From an uncultured Gammaproteobacteria bacterium (GTDB lineage: Bacteria; Patescibacteriota; Patescibacteriia; UBA1558; UBA10009): a DNA stretch of 64,000 nt. The stretch spans positions 15,951 to 79,950 of the forward strand of contig CAZPMS010000002.1 in the NCBI GenBank assembly GCA_964588165.1, given 5' to 3'. Below, piece after piece: positions 17,093-26,403 of the stretch. The notes under the pieces are model-generated. The model ran no database searches. It saw only the letters and a program-made list of their open reading frames with translations, and was not told the DNA's origin. Each line of letters starts with the position of its first letter. Position 1 is the stretch's first letter. The translations under genes were made by a program, and so were the position numbers.

Positions 17093-17767
17093 TTAATCAT
17101 TTTGGGGCATAGATTCACAATTGCATGCACAAGGGAACTTGGATTGGCTTGGGTAATGAGCTTGTGCAAACATTTGCCTGGTGGCCTCTTTAAATTTTTG
17201 GTCCATATATTTTATTGGGCATTCAAAATTTCCATTGGTTGAAATACCCAAATGTAAATGATATTCGCCATAAGGAGTTATGGCGGCATCGCCCAAATAA
17301 TCCCCTTTGTTAATCTTATCGCCAATTTTAACTTGCACATTTGTGAGTCCTGCATAATCCATTTTAAAATTACCTCTTTTAACGTCGATAATATCTCCGG
17401 CGCCTTCATCCTCGCCTACTTTTACAAATAATATTTCTCCATCTGCCGCGGCGTAAATTTTAGAATCAGGTTTTAACTCAAAATCAATTGCATTATGGAG
17501 CCTTCCAATTTCCCATTGATCTGCACAAAAAGGTACTGCTCCCCAAAACTTTGATGAAAAATCATCCATATCAAAAGGCAATGTTAATACTGGTGTGTTT
17601 GAGCCTGCCATTTTTGGATATTCTTTATTTGTTAAGCAAACATCTTCCGGTGATTTTGTCTGAATTATATCATTAATATCTTTATTAGATGATTCCTTCT
17701 TTGAATCATTTAGCGCCGAACATCCAGCCAGAAAAATAAAAATTACTAGCAATATAACTTTTTTCAT
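17093..17767 (-). CDS. Lipoprotein M23-family metallopeptidase
   Basis: Lipobox LAGC. HNAIDF (HxxxD) and YHLHLGIS (HxH) M23 motifs. Cys-rich C-terminus. Confidence 0.8.
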   Translation of the reverse strand: MKKVILLVIFIFLAGCSALNDSKKESSNKDINDIIQTKSPEDVCLTNKEYPKMAGSNTPVLTLPFDMDDFSSKFWGAVPFCADQWEIGRLHNAIDFELKPDSKIYAAADGEILFVKVGEDEGAGDIIDVKRGNFKMDYAGLTNVQVKIGDKINKGDYLGDAAITPYGEYHLHLGISTNGNFECPIKYMDQKFKEATRQMFAQAHYPSQSKFPCACNCESMPQND

Positions 17768-17804
17768 AATATTTATTTAATAATCAATACTATATAATTT
17801 TTTT

Positions 17805-18089
17805 CTACTCATCGGATTTATCAATTACAAAATCAATATCAGTTAAAGCAACTACTTTATGATATACATTAGGGCCTACCTTAAACATTATAGGCGCTTT
17901 AACTACTTGAGTTTCGTCACTAATAGTTAATTCAATTTTTCCTTTGACTAAATAAATAATCTCGCGATCCTTATGAGTATGATTTGCGCCGATAGTCCCT
18001 TTTTTCCTGGTGATGAAACTTGATTTACCACAGTCATAGATAATGCCTCTTTCATCTGATTTGATAACTTTAATTTTGTGTAGTTCCAT
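17805..18089 (-). CDS. Small cupin-fold protein
   Basis: 94 aa with a GANHTHKDREIIYLVKGK cupin-like core. Confidence 0.45.
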   Translation of the reverse strand: MELHKIKVIKSDERGIIYDCGKSSFITRKKGTIGANHTHKDREIIYLVKGKIELTISDETQVVKAPIMFKVGPNVYHKVVALTDIDFVIDKSDE

Positions 18090-18238
18090 ATTATATGCTA
18101 TTTATTTAACCTATTTATTATATTTTAACATATTTTTTGCTCTTTTGTATTAATATCTTGACGTGGATTAATTAAACCGCTATAGTAAAATATAAAAAAA
18201 TTTGATCAACTGAACCTTGTAAGTAGGAGGATATCGAG

Positions 18239-19021
18239 ATGGATGCAACAAATCCAGTTGGATCTGACGGCCGCACGTATCATTTGCAGACGCGCAAAGG
18301 TGATCTTGCTGAACATTGTTTACTTGTGGGTTCGCCCGAGCGAGCGAAGATGGTCGCAGAGACTATGTTTGAGTCTGCTAAACTTGTTGGCGATCATCGA
18401 GGCCTTAAGACGTTCACCGGTATGGTGAATAATGTGCCAATATCGGTGGTTACAACTGGTATGGGTAGCGCGTCGATGGCCATTGTTCTGCCCGAAGCAT
18501 TCTACTCGGGTGCCAAACGTTTTATCCGTGTCGGTTCATGTTCAACGCTCTGGCAAGAGCCGAGTCCTGGCGATTCAGCTATCTGTTCCGGTGCGGTGCG
18601 CTTGGATGGTGCCAGCGAGAACTGGGCGCCGATTGAGTTCCCGGCTGTGCCTGATTTCCGGGTTGTGAGTGCCATGGTGGAGGCGGCAGAGTTGCTTTCT
18701 CTTCCATATCATGTCGGCATTGGCGCCACAACCACCTGCTTTAATGAGGGGCAGGCAAGGCCTGATAGCTCGGGCTACCTCCCACCTCGGCTTAAGATGA
18801 TGCATGATGAGCTCGTCCAGCGTGGTGTTCTTTTCTACTCAATGGAAGAGGCGACACTGTTCGTATGGTGTTCTACCCATGGCAGGGATTTGTGGGCCGG
18901 TGCAGTAGACGCTATCTTTGGAAACCGCCACACCAACGAACTCAAGGTCTGCGGTGAGGAGGAGGCAGCCAAGATTGCTATTCGCACCCTACTCATTATC
19001 AGCGAGCGCTACCCGTTGTAA
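18239..19021 (+). CDS. Nucleoside phosphorylase, PNP/UDP family (DeoD-type purine nucleoside or uridine phosphorylase-like). High-GC gene.
   Basis: LLVGSPERAKMVAETMFESAKLVGDHRGLKTFTGMVNNVPISVVTTGMGSASMAIVLPE and FIRVGSCSTL resemble DeoD GDPLRAKYIAE...RGMLGFTG and IIRVGSCG. RBS aggagg. GC is about 57%, against about 35% for the host. Confidence 0.8.
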   Translation: MDATNPVGSDGRTYHLQTRKGDLAEHCLLVGSPERAKMVAETMFESAKLVGDHRGLKTFTGMVNNVPISVVTTGMGSASMAIVLPEAFYSGAKRFIRVGSCSTLWQEPSPGDSAICSGAVRLDGASENWAPIEFPAVPDFRVVSAMVEAAELLSLPYHVGIGATTTCFNEGQARPDSSGYLPPRLKMMHDELVQRGVLFYSMEEATLFVWCSTHGRDLWAGAVDAIFGNRHTNELKVCGEEEAAKIAIRTLLIISERYPL

Positions 19022-19077
19022 CTCAGAGACGAGGGCGTCTGTTCATTCAACCAATATGTTTCATAATTGTTGCATGG

Positions 19078-19107
19078 AAGGCTCAATATTTTATTGAGTC
19101 TTTTTTA
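19078..19107 (+). terminator. Intrinsic terminator after the nucleoside phosphorylase gene.
   Basis: ggctcaatattttattgagtc hairpin plus tttttt. Confidence 0.6.
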
Positions 19108-19110
19108 TAC

Positions 19111-19161
19111 TTAAATAAAAAACCCGCTAATCTTGACAAAATTTAAAAAATGTGATATTTT
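19111..19161 (+). promoter_or_regulatory. Promoter cassette copy 1: 'cttaaataaaaaacc', 'ctaat', TTGACA (19133-19138), 17-bp spacer, TATTTT.
   Basis: The same module recurs at 19911-19963, and partly at 22065-22105. Confidence 0.5.
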
Positions 19162-19218
19162 ATGTAGTTATAAGTTTTAACACTAACGTTCTTTGCCATA
19201 AACCTAAGGGAGGTTCGC

Positions 19219-19872
19219 ATGCTTTGCAAGAAGAGAATGGTTGCGGACCTACTTTTTGCGGTCCAAATCATTTGTACGCTTGTCTTCGGCATAAAGCAAT
19301 TCATAAGAATGCTCACTGTTACTGAAGGGGTGAGTGTAAGTATGTTCTGGAGCTGGGAATTTTTCTTGGCTATCAATTTGATTTTAGTGCTTAAAGCACA
19401 CCGTAACCAACCGAGTAGGGCCACCCGCCAAACCATAATTAGTTATATCACCTGGATTGCCATGATCACTTTGGATTTAGGTGTTATGTATGTTAAGGAT
19501 GTGGGGGTGTGGAATGCTCGCGATAGTTGGTCAGCAATTTTGGTAGCAGTAGGCATTATAGCTACCTTGATAGTTGGCCGTTACAAGCACCTGTCCATTA
19601 CCGATCCAATGATAAAAACCTCTTTCGCAGTATTTTTTAAAGTTGTACCTCAAATCATTTGGGCTTACAATATAACTCTGATGGGCGGAGCAGGTTTGGC
19701 CGGGGCAGCTGTTATTGCCGGACATATAACTATTTTATCCCGAATCGGGCAAGTTTTGTTTATCATCGAGGAAGCAGGTTGGGATAGAAATAGAATTGGA
19801 GTTGCTATTAGTGAAATATCCAACGAGGTTAGTTGGCTGGTAGTAACTGTTGTTTGGGTTATTTACACATAA
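19219..19872 (+). CDS. 7-TM membrane protein, possibly a PnuC-like nucleoside transporter (low confidence). Elevated GC.
   Basis: RBS aagggagg. Seven hydrophobic segments. FWSWEF is an aromatic motif. Its position next to a nucleoside phosphorylase is the only other support. Confidence 0.4.
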   Translation: MLCKKRMVADLLFAVQIICTLVFGIKQFIRMLTVTEGVSVSMFWSWEFFLAINLILVLKAHRNQPSRATRQTIISYITWIAMITLDLGVMYVKDVGVWNARDSWSAILVAVGIIATLIVGRYKHLSITDPMIKTSFAVFFKVVPQIIWAYNITLMGGAGLAGAAVIAGHITILSRIGQVLFIIEEAGWDRNRIGVAISEISNEVSWLVVTVVWVIYT

Positions 19873-19910
19873 AAAGGCCCTTCTTCCATGAAGTTTGGGT
19901 CTTTTTTAAT

Positions 19911-19963
19911 TCTTAAATAAAAACCTACTAATACTTGACAAAATATTGAATATATGCTATCAT
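19911..19963 (+). promoter_or_regulatory. Promoter cassette copy 2: TTGACA 19935-19940, 17-bp spacer, TATCAT 19958-19963.
   Basis: 'cttaaataaaaacctactaatacttgacaaaat' parallels copy 1. Confidence 0.5.
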
Positions 19964-20055
19964 ATTATGATGCTTGAAATAGGTTCAAGTATCAAAGATG
20001 TCCCACTACCGACCACAGCCAAGATGCTGGGCGGAAAGAAGAAAGGGATACACCC

Positions 20056-20715
20056 ATGATCAGGATTTCGATTGATCCGAAAACGGTTGAGGGGCTTATA
20101 GGCTCCAACAAAGCCGAGATGAAGCGGTATGGTACGGAAGGTAATAATTATGTAGAGATTTGTGGGCTACATTTTTCCCGCGGATCGTGTGATGGATCTA
20201 TTGATCCCTGGACGAAGGATATTCATGAATCTCTGTCGGAAGTTTTGCCACTTCCTGAAGATCTTCCTGTACAACGCATCTCGGTGCATGTCCAGTTTAT
20301 CGCCCATCCCAGACGAGACAGGGGGGCTTATAAACTGGGAACGGCATCGGCAGAACTTGAAGTGAACACTCATCTCAATTCTAACGGCAATCATGAACTC
20401 AAGATGATTGCTGAAGGAGGCAAGCCAAATGAGATGCTCACCCATCTAAAGGAGCTGGAGCTGGCCATTAAGACTGGCAATCTGGATGAGGTAATCATGA
20501 CTCATTCTTTCGAGAATGATCAGGTTACGGAAGCCGATTTCAAGGCACCTCCGGGAATGTTCAGGATCATTCATGAACACAAGGACGGCGAACTGGAAAT
20601 CGTGGCCGATTTCGAAAGGCTCAATTTCGCCAAAACTTCATTAAGTGCTCTTCGTGAGCAGAATGAAGATGACTTTTTCACCCTTTGTGATAACAAAGGA
20701 AAAATAGAGGAGTAA
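20056..20715 (+). CDS. Hypothetical protein with elevated GC
   Basis: 219 aa with no recognisable motifs. GC is about 48%. It has its own promoter and an 85-nt leader, and a terminator at about 20748-20785. Confidence 0.5.
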   Translation: MIRISIDPKTVEGLIGSNKAEMKRYGTEGNNYVEICGLHFSRGSCDGSIDPWTKDIHESLSEVLPLPEDLPVQRISVHVQFIAHPRRDRGAYKLGTASAELEVNTHLNSNGNHELKMIAEGGKPNEMLTHLKELELAIKTGNLDEVIMTHSFENDQVTEADFKAPPGMFRIIHEHKDGELEIVADFERLNFAKTSLSALREQNEDDFFTLCDNKGKIEE

Positions 20716-20826
20716 TCCTCACATTCAAATTTATAAACATGGGTCACCAGCAACACCGGTGGCCCTTTTCTTTTTTAATAATTTACTCACTTGATTAATT
20801 TATAGTTATTAAGTATTATCGAATTT

Positions 20827-21264
20827 ATGAAGGAATATACAACCAACAGTCCTAAAGAAACTAAAAAATTGGCTACAGAAATTGCCAGCCAATTTAAAGG
20901 CGTAAGAGTCATTGGTTTAGTAGGTGAACTTGGTGCTGGGAAAACGGTTTTTGTTCAAGGCTTGGCAGAGGCTATGGGAATCACTGAAGTGGTTAATAGC
21001 CCCACTTTTGTTTTAATGAAGAATTACGAAGTCCATGAGCCAGAATCCACAGTCCATAATCTTGTTCATGTTGATGCTTATCGTTTGAATGATAGCCAGG
21101 AACTTAATGATATTGGTTTAGAAGAATATTTAAATAAAAAAAATACCATTGTAGTAATTGAATGGGCAGATAAAGTTAAAGATTTATTGCCAGTAGATTC
21201 AGTGATGATTGAATTTAAGGAAGAGACAGAAAATAAAAGGGTAATTCAAGTAAAAAAAGCTTGA
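20827..21264 (+). CDS. tsaE: tRNA threonylcarbamoyladenosine biosynthesis ATPase TsaE (YjeE)
   Basis: P-loop GELGAGKT. SPTF motif. VHVDAYRL. Confidence 0.85.
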   Translation: MKEYTTNSPKETKKLATEIASQFKGVRVIGLVGELGAGKTVFVQGLAEAMGITEVVNSPTFVLMKNYEVHEPESTVHNLVHVDAYRLNDSQELNDIGLEEYLNKKNTIVVIEWADKVKDLLPVDSVMIEFKEETENKRVIQVKKA

Positions 21265-21388
21265 CTTTTTTAAAAAAGTGTGCTATCATGTAATTAGAGC
21301 GTAGGAAAGCAGTCCTATGTTTTTTGTTTGCCCAAATAAGCGAAAAATAAAAGTTTATATATAAAAAAATAAAATAAAAACAAAAACT

Positions 21389-21817
21389 ATGAAGAAAAAA
21401 ACATGTTGTAGCTGTCAGTGTGGCAAGCCTGACAAACTGACAAAATTTCAGGATTATTTTTTAAGAGGAACCTATGTCTTTTGTTCCTGTTTGATCGTTT
21501 ATTCTCTATTGATGATAAACGGCCTGGTGGCAAGCGATCCCAATTTGAAAAGTGAAAATTTATTAGCGATTTCTTATAAACAAAAGGCAACGGCTGAAAG
21601 TAAGTTAAGTATGTTGCCTAATCCTAAAGAGGTTTGGATGGATACAGTATTTTTTATGGACAGAGTAGGCTATAATATGGGAGAACCTTTAAATGACTCT
21701 ATCCACCTTTATTCCAAAACTTTAACAAGGACATTTGTGGCCACCGGCAATGCCTTGGCAGGAGTAACCAATGTTTTAACCGGATCGCCGCCATACGTAT
21801 CTGCCCAGGGGTATTAG
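21389..21817 (+). CDS. Hypothetical protein with a Cys-rich N-terminus
   Basis: 142 aa. A terminator hairpin lies at 21849-21884. Confidence 0.3.
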   Translation: MKKKTCCSCQCGKPDKLTKFQDYFLRGTYVFCSCLIVYSLLMINGLVASDPNLKSENLLAISYKQKATAESKLSMLPNPKEVWMDTVFFMDRVGYNMGEPLNDSIHLYSKTLTRTFVATGNALAGVTNVLTGSPPYVSAQGY

Positions 21818-21897
21818 CGTTGACTAACTACAATCTTTAACATAAAATGAGGATACAATTTATAAAAGCGTATCCTCTTTTTGTTTAGAGGATAAAT

Positions 21898-22050
21898 CCG
21901 GGAGTAATGTCGCCTGGAGAGCTGCTAGCAGAAACCCGCCTTGAGCGAAGTCGAGAGGCAGGAAATAGAGTTAGCCGGGGTAAGCCCGTTACAGCTTATA
22001 AATGAAGTATAAATTAAGGTGGTACCGCCCTGAGCGCAGTCGAAGGGCCC
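21898..22050. repeat. Two tandem units of about 70 nt each (21898-21962 and 21975-22050). Each starts 'ccggg(r)gtaa' and ends with the family C core 'ccgccYtgagcgMagtcgaRRgg'.
   Basis: Direct comparison of the two halves. The same core occurs in frame inside the Elp3 gene at 60556-60582. The pair lies between two intrinsic terminators (21849-21884 and 22045-22070). Confidence 0.55.
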
Positions 22051-22111
22051 TTATGCATAGGGGTCTTTTTATTTTTAAATAAAAAACCATAATTAATGAT
22101 ATAATATAAAT

Positions 22112-23101
22112 ATGTCAAAAGTGAAAATGCCAAAAAGAGTAGAGCTCCATAACCATTTAGGAGCAGCCGTGGATCCGCCACTTATGTGGTCTATTGCCCA
22201 CGGACAGGGAATTAAACTGCCTTCTAAAGATTATTGGGATTTTGAGGATTTAATTACCATTGATGTTGATGAAGACTACAACAGTGTAGCCCAGGTTGAT
22301 AAAGAACTTTTTTATTGGACAGAATTGGTCCAGTCTTCGCCGTATGCTGTAGAAGCCTCAGTTAAATCAGTTATTGGCGGGGGTTATAGGAAATGTAATA
22401 TTGTAATCCATGAACTAAGGTTTAATCCAATGAACCGGAACCGAGGCGGTGAGCAGGATCTGGATCATATTATTATGGCGGCTGTAAGGGGTATGGATAG
22501 AGCTATTCTAGAATACCCCCAAGTTAAAGCCGGATTGATATTAATGTTAGACAGAAAGTTTTCGTATGAACAAAATGAAATTATCTTTAAAAAAGCTTTA
22601 AAGTATCAAAACAGGGGAATTGTAGGGCTGGATATTGCTGGCCCACAGGTAAAGAGTTTTAAAATGAAAAATTATGTCGGCTTATTTAAAGAAGCTAAGC
22701 GCCGAGGTCTGGGTGTTACCATTCATACCGGTGAAGAAGGTAATTTGGCAGAACTTAAAATGGTGGTTAAGGAAATTAAACCCAATCGGATCGGCCACGG
22801 CTTTTTAGCTTGGCAGGATAAGGAACTTATGAAAGAAATTAAAAGGAAAGGTATTGTTTTAGAACTTTGCCCAACTTCAAACTTAAGATGTGGAGTTATT
22901 AATTCAATGGAAAAATTAAAGAAAATTTATCAAACCTTAAATAATAATGGAGTTAAGCTAACCATTAATACAGACGGCCCGGAAATGTATAAAACCAATT
23001 TGTATAAAGAGCTGGAAGTTTTGAGAACTAATGGCGTTTTTAGCCAAAAACAAATAAACCAATTTATGATCAATTCACGTAAAGCTACTTTTATTAAGTA
23101 A
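22112..23101 (+). CDS. add: Adenosine/adenine deaminase family protein
   Basis: PKRVELHNHLGAAVDP (compare ADA PKVELHxHLDG). HTGEEGNLAELKMVVKEIKPNRIGHGF. TINTDGP. Confidence 0.75.
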   Translation: MSKVKMPKRVELHNHLGAAVDPPLMWSIAHGQGIKLPSKDYWDFEDLITIDVDEDYNSVAQVDKELFYWTELVQSSPYAVEASVKSVIGGGYRKCNIVIHELRFNPMNRNRGGEQDLDHIIMAAVRGMDRAILEYPQVKAGLILMLDRKFSYEQNEIIFKKALKYQNRGIVGLDIAGPQVKSFKMKNYVGLFKEAKRRGLGVTIHTGEEGNLAELKMVVKEIKPNRIGHGFLAWQDKELMKEIKRKGIVLELCPTSNLRCGVINSMEKLKKIYQTLNNNGVKLTINTDGPEMYKTNLYKELEVLRTNGVFSQKQINQFMINSRKATFIK

Positions 23102-23199
23102 TATCACGGATAATGCTGATTGTATACGCAGATGAACACTGACAATCCGCGGATATCAGCAAAGATCGGTGTCATTAATCAGCGTTATCAGCGTAAAGT

Positions 23200-26100
23200 A
23201 TGAAAGAATTATCTAAATCATATCAGCCAGATAAACACGAAAGCTCAATTTACCAAAAATGGGAAGAGTCCGGGTTTTTTAATCCCGATAATTTGCCAGG
23301 CAAGCGCAAGAAAGTTTTTTCTGTTAGCCTGCCGCCGCCCAATGCTACCGGCATTTTGCATATTGGCCATGCTTCGATGCTGGCTTACCAAGATATTATG
23401 GTCCGGTACCATAGGCTAAAAGGTGATAAAACTTTGTGGTTGCCCGGAACAGACCACGCAGCCATTGCCACTCAAACGGTGGTAGAAAAAAAATTAATCA
23501 AGGAAGAAAAAAAGCGCAAAGAAGATATTGGCCGAGAAGAGTTCAGAAAAAGAATAGATAAATATGTAGAAGAATCCCGTGGCACCATCCGTAAACAGCT
23601 CCGGGCCATGGGCTCATCTTTAGATTGGTCTAGAGAAAGATTTACCTTAGATAAAGATTTATCATTAGCAGTTAGAACAGCTTTTGCGAAAATGTATAAT
23701 GATGGACTAATTTATAGAGGTTATCGGATTGTTAATTGGTGCCCGCACTGTAAATCCACTTTAGCTGATGACGAAGTTGAGTATAAGGAACAAAAGGCCC
23801 CGTTTTATTATTTTAAATACGGTCCGGTGGTTATTGGTACAGCCAGACCAGAAACTAAATTTTCTGATAAAGTAATTATTGTTCATCCTAAAGATAAGCG
23901 TTTTAAAGATATCGCAGGTAAGGAATTTGAAGTGGAATGGATTAACGGCAAGATTAAAGCAAAAGTTATTACCGATGAAGCAGCTGATATGGAAATGGGA
24001 ACCGGGGCCATGACCATTACTCCGGCCCATAGTTTTGTAGATTTTGATTTGGCTCAAAAATATAAATTAAAGGTAGAAGAAATAATTGATAAAGATGGAA
24101 ATTTAACAGAAGTTGCTGGTGAATTTGCTGGTCAACCAGCTGCTAAAGCCAGAGAGAAAATTGTTAATAAGCTGGCCAAGAAAGGCTTAGTTGATAAAAT
24201 TGATGAAGATTACGTCCATAATTTATCTCTTTGTTACCGGTGTAAAACGCCTATTGAACCGTTGCCTTCTAAGCAGTGGTTTGTTGATGTAAATAAAAAG
24301 ATTCCAAAAAAAGGCAAGTCATTAAAGCAACTGGCCTCCGATGTAGTCAAAAATGGTGATATAAAAATAATTCCTGATAAATTCAACAAAACTTATTTCC
24401 AGTGGATGGATAATTTAAGAGATTGGTGTATTAGCCGCCAAATTTGGTATGGACATCAAATTCCGGTTTGGTATAGGGACGCAAAAGCGCAAAAGCGCAA
24501 AAGCGCAAAAAAGGAGCAAGATATTATTGTACCTAAAGAAATAACTGAAATCAATCTAATGCGCCACGGTTTAACTGATTGGAACAAAGACCAAAAAATT
24601 CAGGGCAGAACTAACGTGCCTCTAGATGAATCCAGCGTAGATAAAATTAATAAAATAATGCCTCAGTTAAGGTCAGAAAATTTTGATATAATTATTAGCT
24701 CACCCTTAATGAGAGCCAAACAAACGGCTGAAATTGTAAATAAACAATTAAATCTGCCTTTAATAGAAGATGAATTATTGGTTGAAAGAAATTATGGTAA
24801 ATTTGAAGGGAAAAAAGTAAATGATATAAAAAATGACCATCCTGATTATGCCAAGGATAAAATTAATTATGATATCCCAGGAGATGATGAAGAAACCTAC
24901 CAGGAGATTGCTCAAAGGCTGAAGAAGTTCATTAAACAAGTAAGTAAAGAATATCCTAACAAGAAAATTTTAGTTATATGCCACAATGCAGTTATCAGGA
25001 CTTTCAAGATGATAATAAAGGATTCCTCACCTAAGGAACTTTCTGGCTATAAACCTAGTTTTGACAAGTTGGTTAAATATCAAATTTTAGATGGTAACTA
25101 TAACCTAAAAGGTGTTGAGCAAGATCCTGACACTTTAGATACCTGGTTTTCATCTTCACTTTGGACATTTAGTACTCTTGGCTGGCCAGATAAAACTGAC
25201 GATCTTAAGGCTTATCATCCAACCAGTGTTATGGAAACCGGTTATGACATTTTATTTTTTTGGGTGGCCAGAATGATACTTATGTCCGAATACCTTTTAG
25301 GCCAGAAACCTTTTGAAACAGTTTACCTCCACGGCTTGGTTAAAGATAAAGAAGGCAGGAAGATGTCAAAGTCGCTTGGCAATGGCATTGATCCAATAGC
25401 CATGATTGATAAGTTTGGCACTGATGCTTTGCGGTTGGCTATGATTGTAGGAGCCAGTGCCGGTAATGACATCAGGCTTTACGAAGAAAAGATAGCCGGC
25501 TATAGGAACTTTGTTAATAAACTTTGGAACATCAGCCGCTACATATTATCTACTGTTGGACAAGTTAAACCAATTGAAAAATTGCCAGAAGCAAAAACTT
25601 TAGCTGATAAATGGATTCTTTTAGAATTTAATCAAATCGTAGAATCAACCACTGGTAATATTGAACAGTTTAAGTTCTCTCAAGCCGGTGAAGAGCTTTA
25701 TGAATTTACTTGGTCTAAACTGGCCGATTGGTATTTGGAAATCGCCAAGGTTGAAGAGGGAAAAGATGAGATCCTTTTATACATTTTAGAAAAGCTACTT
25801 ATTTTATGGCATCCCTTTTGTCCGTTTATTACAGAAGTTATTTGGGAGATATTTAAGACAGATAAGCTATTGATGATTAAAGAATGGCCGGAAATAAAGA
25901 AACAAGATATAAAAAACAAGATACAAGATGAATTTGAAAAAGTTCAAGAGATTGTTTCAGCTATCAGGAACACCAGGGCAGAACATCTGGCTAATCCCAA
26001 AAAAGTTTATGGTTGTTCTATAAAAACTTCAAAGAAAAAAGTGATTGAAGAGAATAAAAATATAATTGAAGCTTTGGCCAAAATTAAAATTATTCCTAAG

Positions 26101-26334
26101 GCCACTGGCGTTGCTATTAATCTTGCTTGGGCTGACATGATTTTAGATATTAAGGAAAATAGGGAAGTGGCCAAAAATAAAGCTAAAGAAACTGTAAATT
26201 TAGAACGTTATATCCAAATCCAAGAAGCAAAATTAAGGAATAAAGATTTTACTAAAAAGGCTCCACCTAAAGTGGTGGAGGAAGAAAAGGAGAAATTATC
26301 GCAAGCAAAAGAAAAGTTAGCCAAATTAAAATAG
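23200..26334 (+). CDS. valS: Valyl-tRNA synthetase carrying an inserted histidine-phosphatase (PGAM-like) domain.
   Basis: HIGH motif (PPPNATGILHIGHA). WCISRQIWYGHQIPVWY. KMSKS. C-terminal coiled coil. About 213 extra aa lie between PVWY and DPDTLDTWFSS. They contain LMRHGLTDWN (RHG), GKFEG and ICHNAVIR, the catalytic motifs of the histidine phosphatase superfamily. Confidence 0.9.
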   Translation: MKELSKSYQPDKHESSIYQKWEESGFFNPDNLPGKRKKVFSVSLPPPNATGILHIGHASMLAYQDIMVRYHRLKGDKTLWLPGTDHAAIATQTVVEKKLIKEEKKRKEDIGREEFRKRIDKYVEESRGTIRKQLRAMGSSLDWSRERFTLDKDLSLAVRTAFAKMYNDGLIYRGYRIVNWCPHCKSTLADDEVEYKEQKAPFYYFKYGPVVIGTARPETKFSDKVIIVHPKDKRFKDIAGKEFEVEWINGKIKAKVITDEAADMEMGTGAMTITPAHSFVDFDLAQKYKLKVEEIIDKDGNLTEVAGEFAGQPAAKAREKIVNKLAKKGLVDKIDEDYVHNLSLCYRCKTPIEPLPSKQWFVDVNKKIPKKGKSLKQLASDVVKNGDIKIIPDKFNKTYFQWMDNLRDWCISRQIWYGHQIPVWYRDAKAQKRKSAKKEQDIIVPKEITEINLMRHGLTDWNKDQKIQGRTNVPLDESSVDKINKIMPQLRSENFDIIISSPLMRAKQTAEIVNKQLNLPLIEDELLVERNYGKFEGKKVNDIKNDHPDYAKDKINYDIPGDDEETYQEIAQRLKKFIKQVSKEYPNKKILVICHNAVIRTFKMIIKDSSPKELSGYKPSFDKLVKYQILDGNYNLKGVEQDPDTLDTWFSSSLWTFSTLGWPDKTDDLKAYHPTSVMETGYDILFFWVARMILMSEYLLGQKPFETVYLHGLVKDKEGRKMSKSLGNGIDPIAMIDKFGTDALRLAMIVGASAGNDIRLYEEKIAGYRNFVNKLWNISRYILSTVGQVKPIEKLPEAKTLADKWILLEFNQIVESTTGNIEQFKFSQAGEELYEFTWSKLADWYLEIAKVEEGKDEILLYILEKLLILWHPFCPFITEVIWEIFKTDKLLMIKEWPEIKKQDIKNKIQDEFEKVQEIVSAIRNTRAEHLANPKKVYGCSIKTSKKKVIEENKNIIEALAKIKIIPKATGVAINLAWADMILDIKENREVAKNKAKETVNLERYIQIQEAKLRNKDFTKKAPPKVVEEEKEKLSQAKEKLAKLK

Positions 26335-26343
26335 TTAGATAAA

Positions 26344-26392
26344 ACAAAACCCTGAAGTTAAGCTTGCGCATACTTCAGGGTTTGCTATTAAA
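26344..26392 (-). terminator. Bidirectional intrinsic terminator. It is strongest on the minus strand.
   Basis: aaccctgaagt...acttcagggtt 11-bp stem, followed on the minus strand by ttttgtttt. Confidence 0.6.
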
Positions 26393-26403
26393 ACTTTAGA
26401 AGT

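Noticed and set aside
21890-22060. Identity of the tandem GC-rich units as tmRNA, RNase P RNA or SRP RNA
   Set aside because: The tmRNA tRNA-like 3' end, the RNase P P4 strands (AGGAAAGUCCGGGCUCC / ACAGAACCCGGCUUA) and the SRP domain IV motif are all absent, and the size is wrong.
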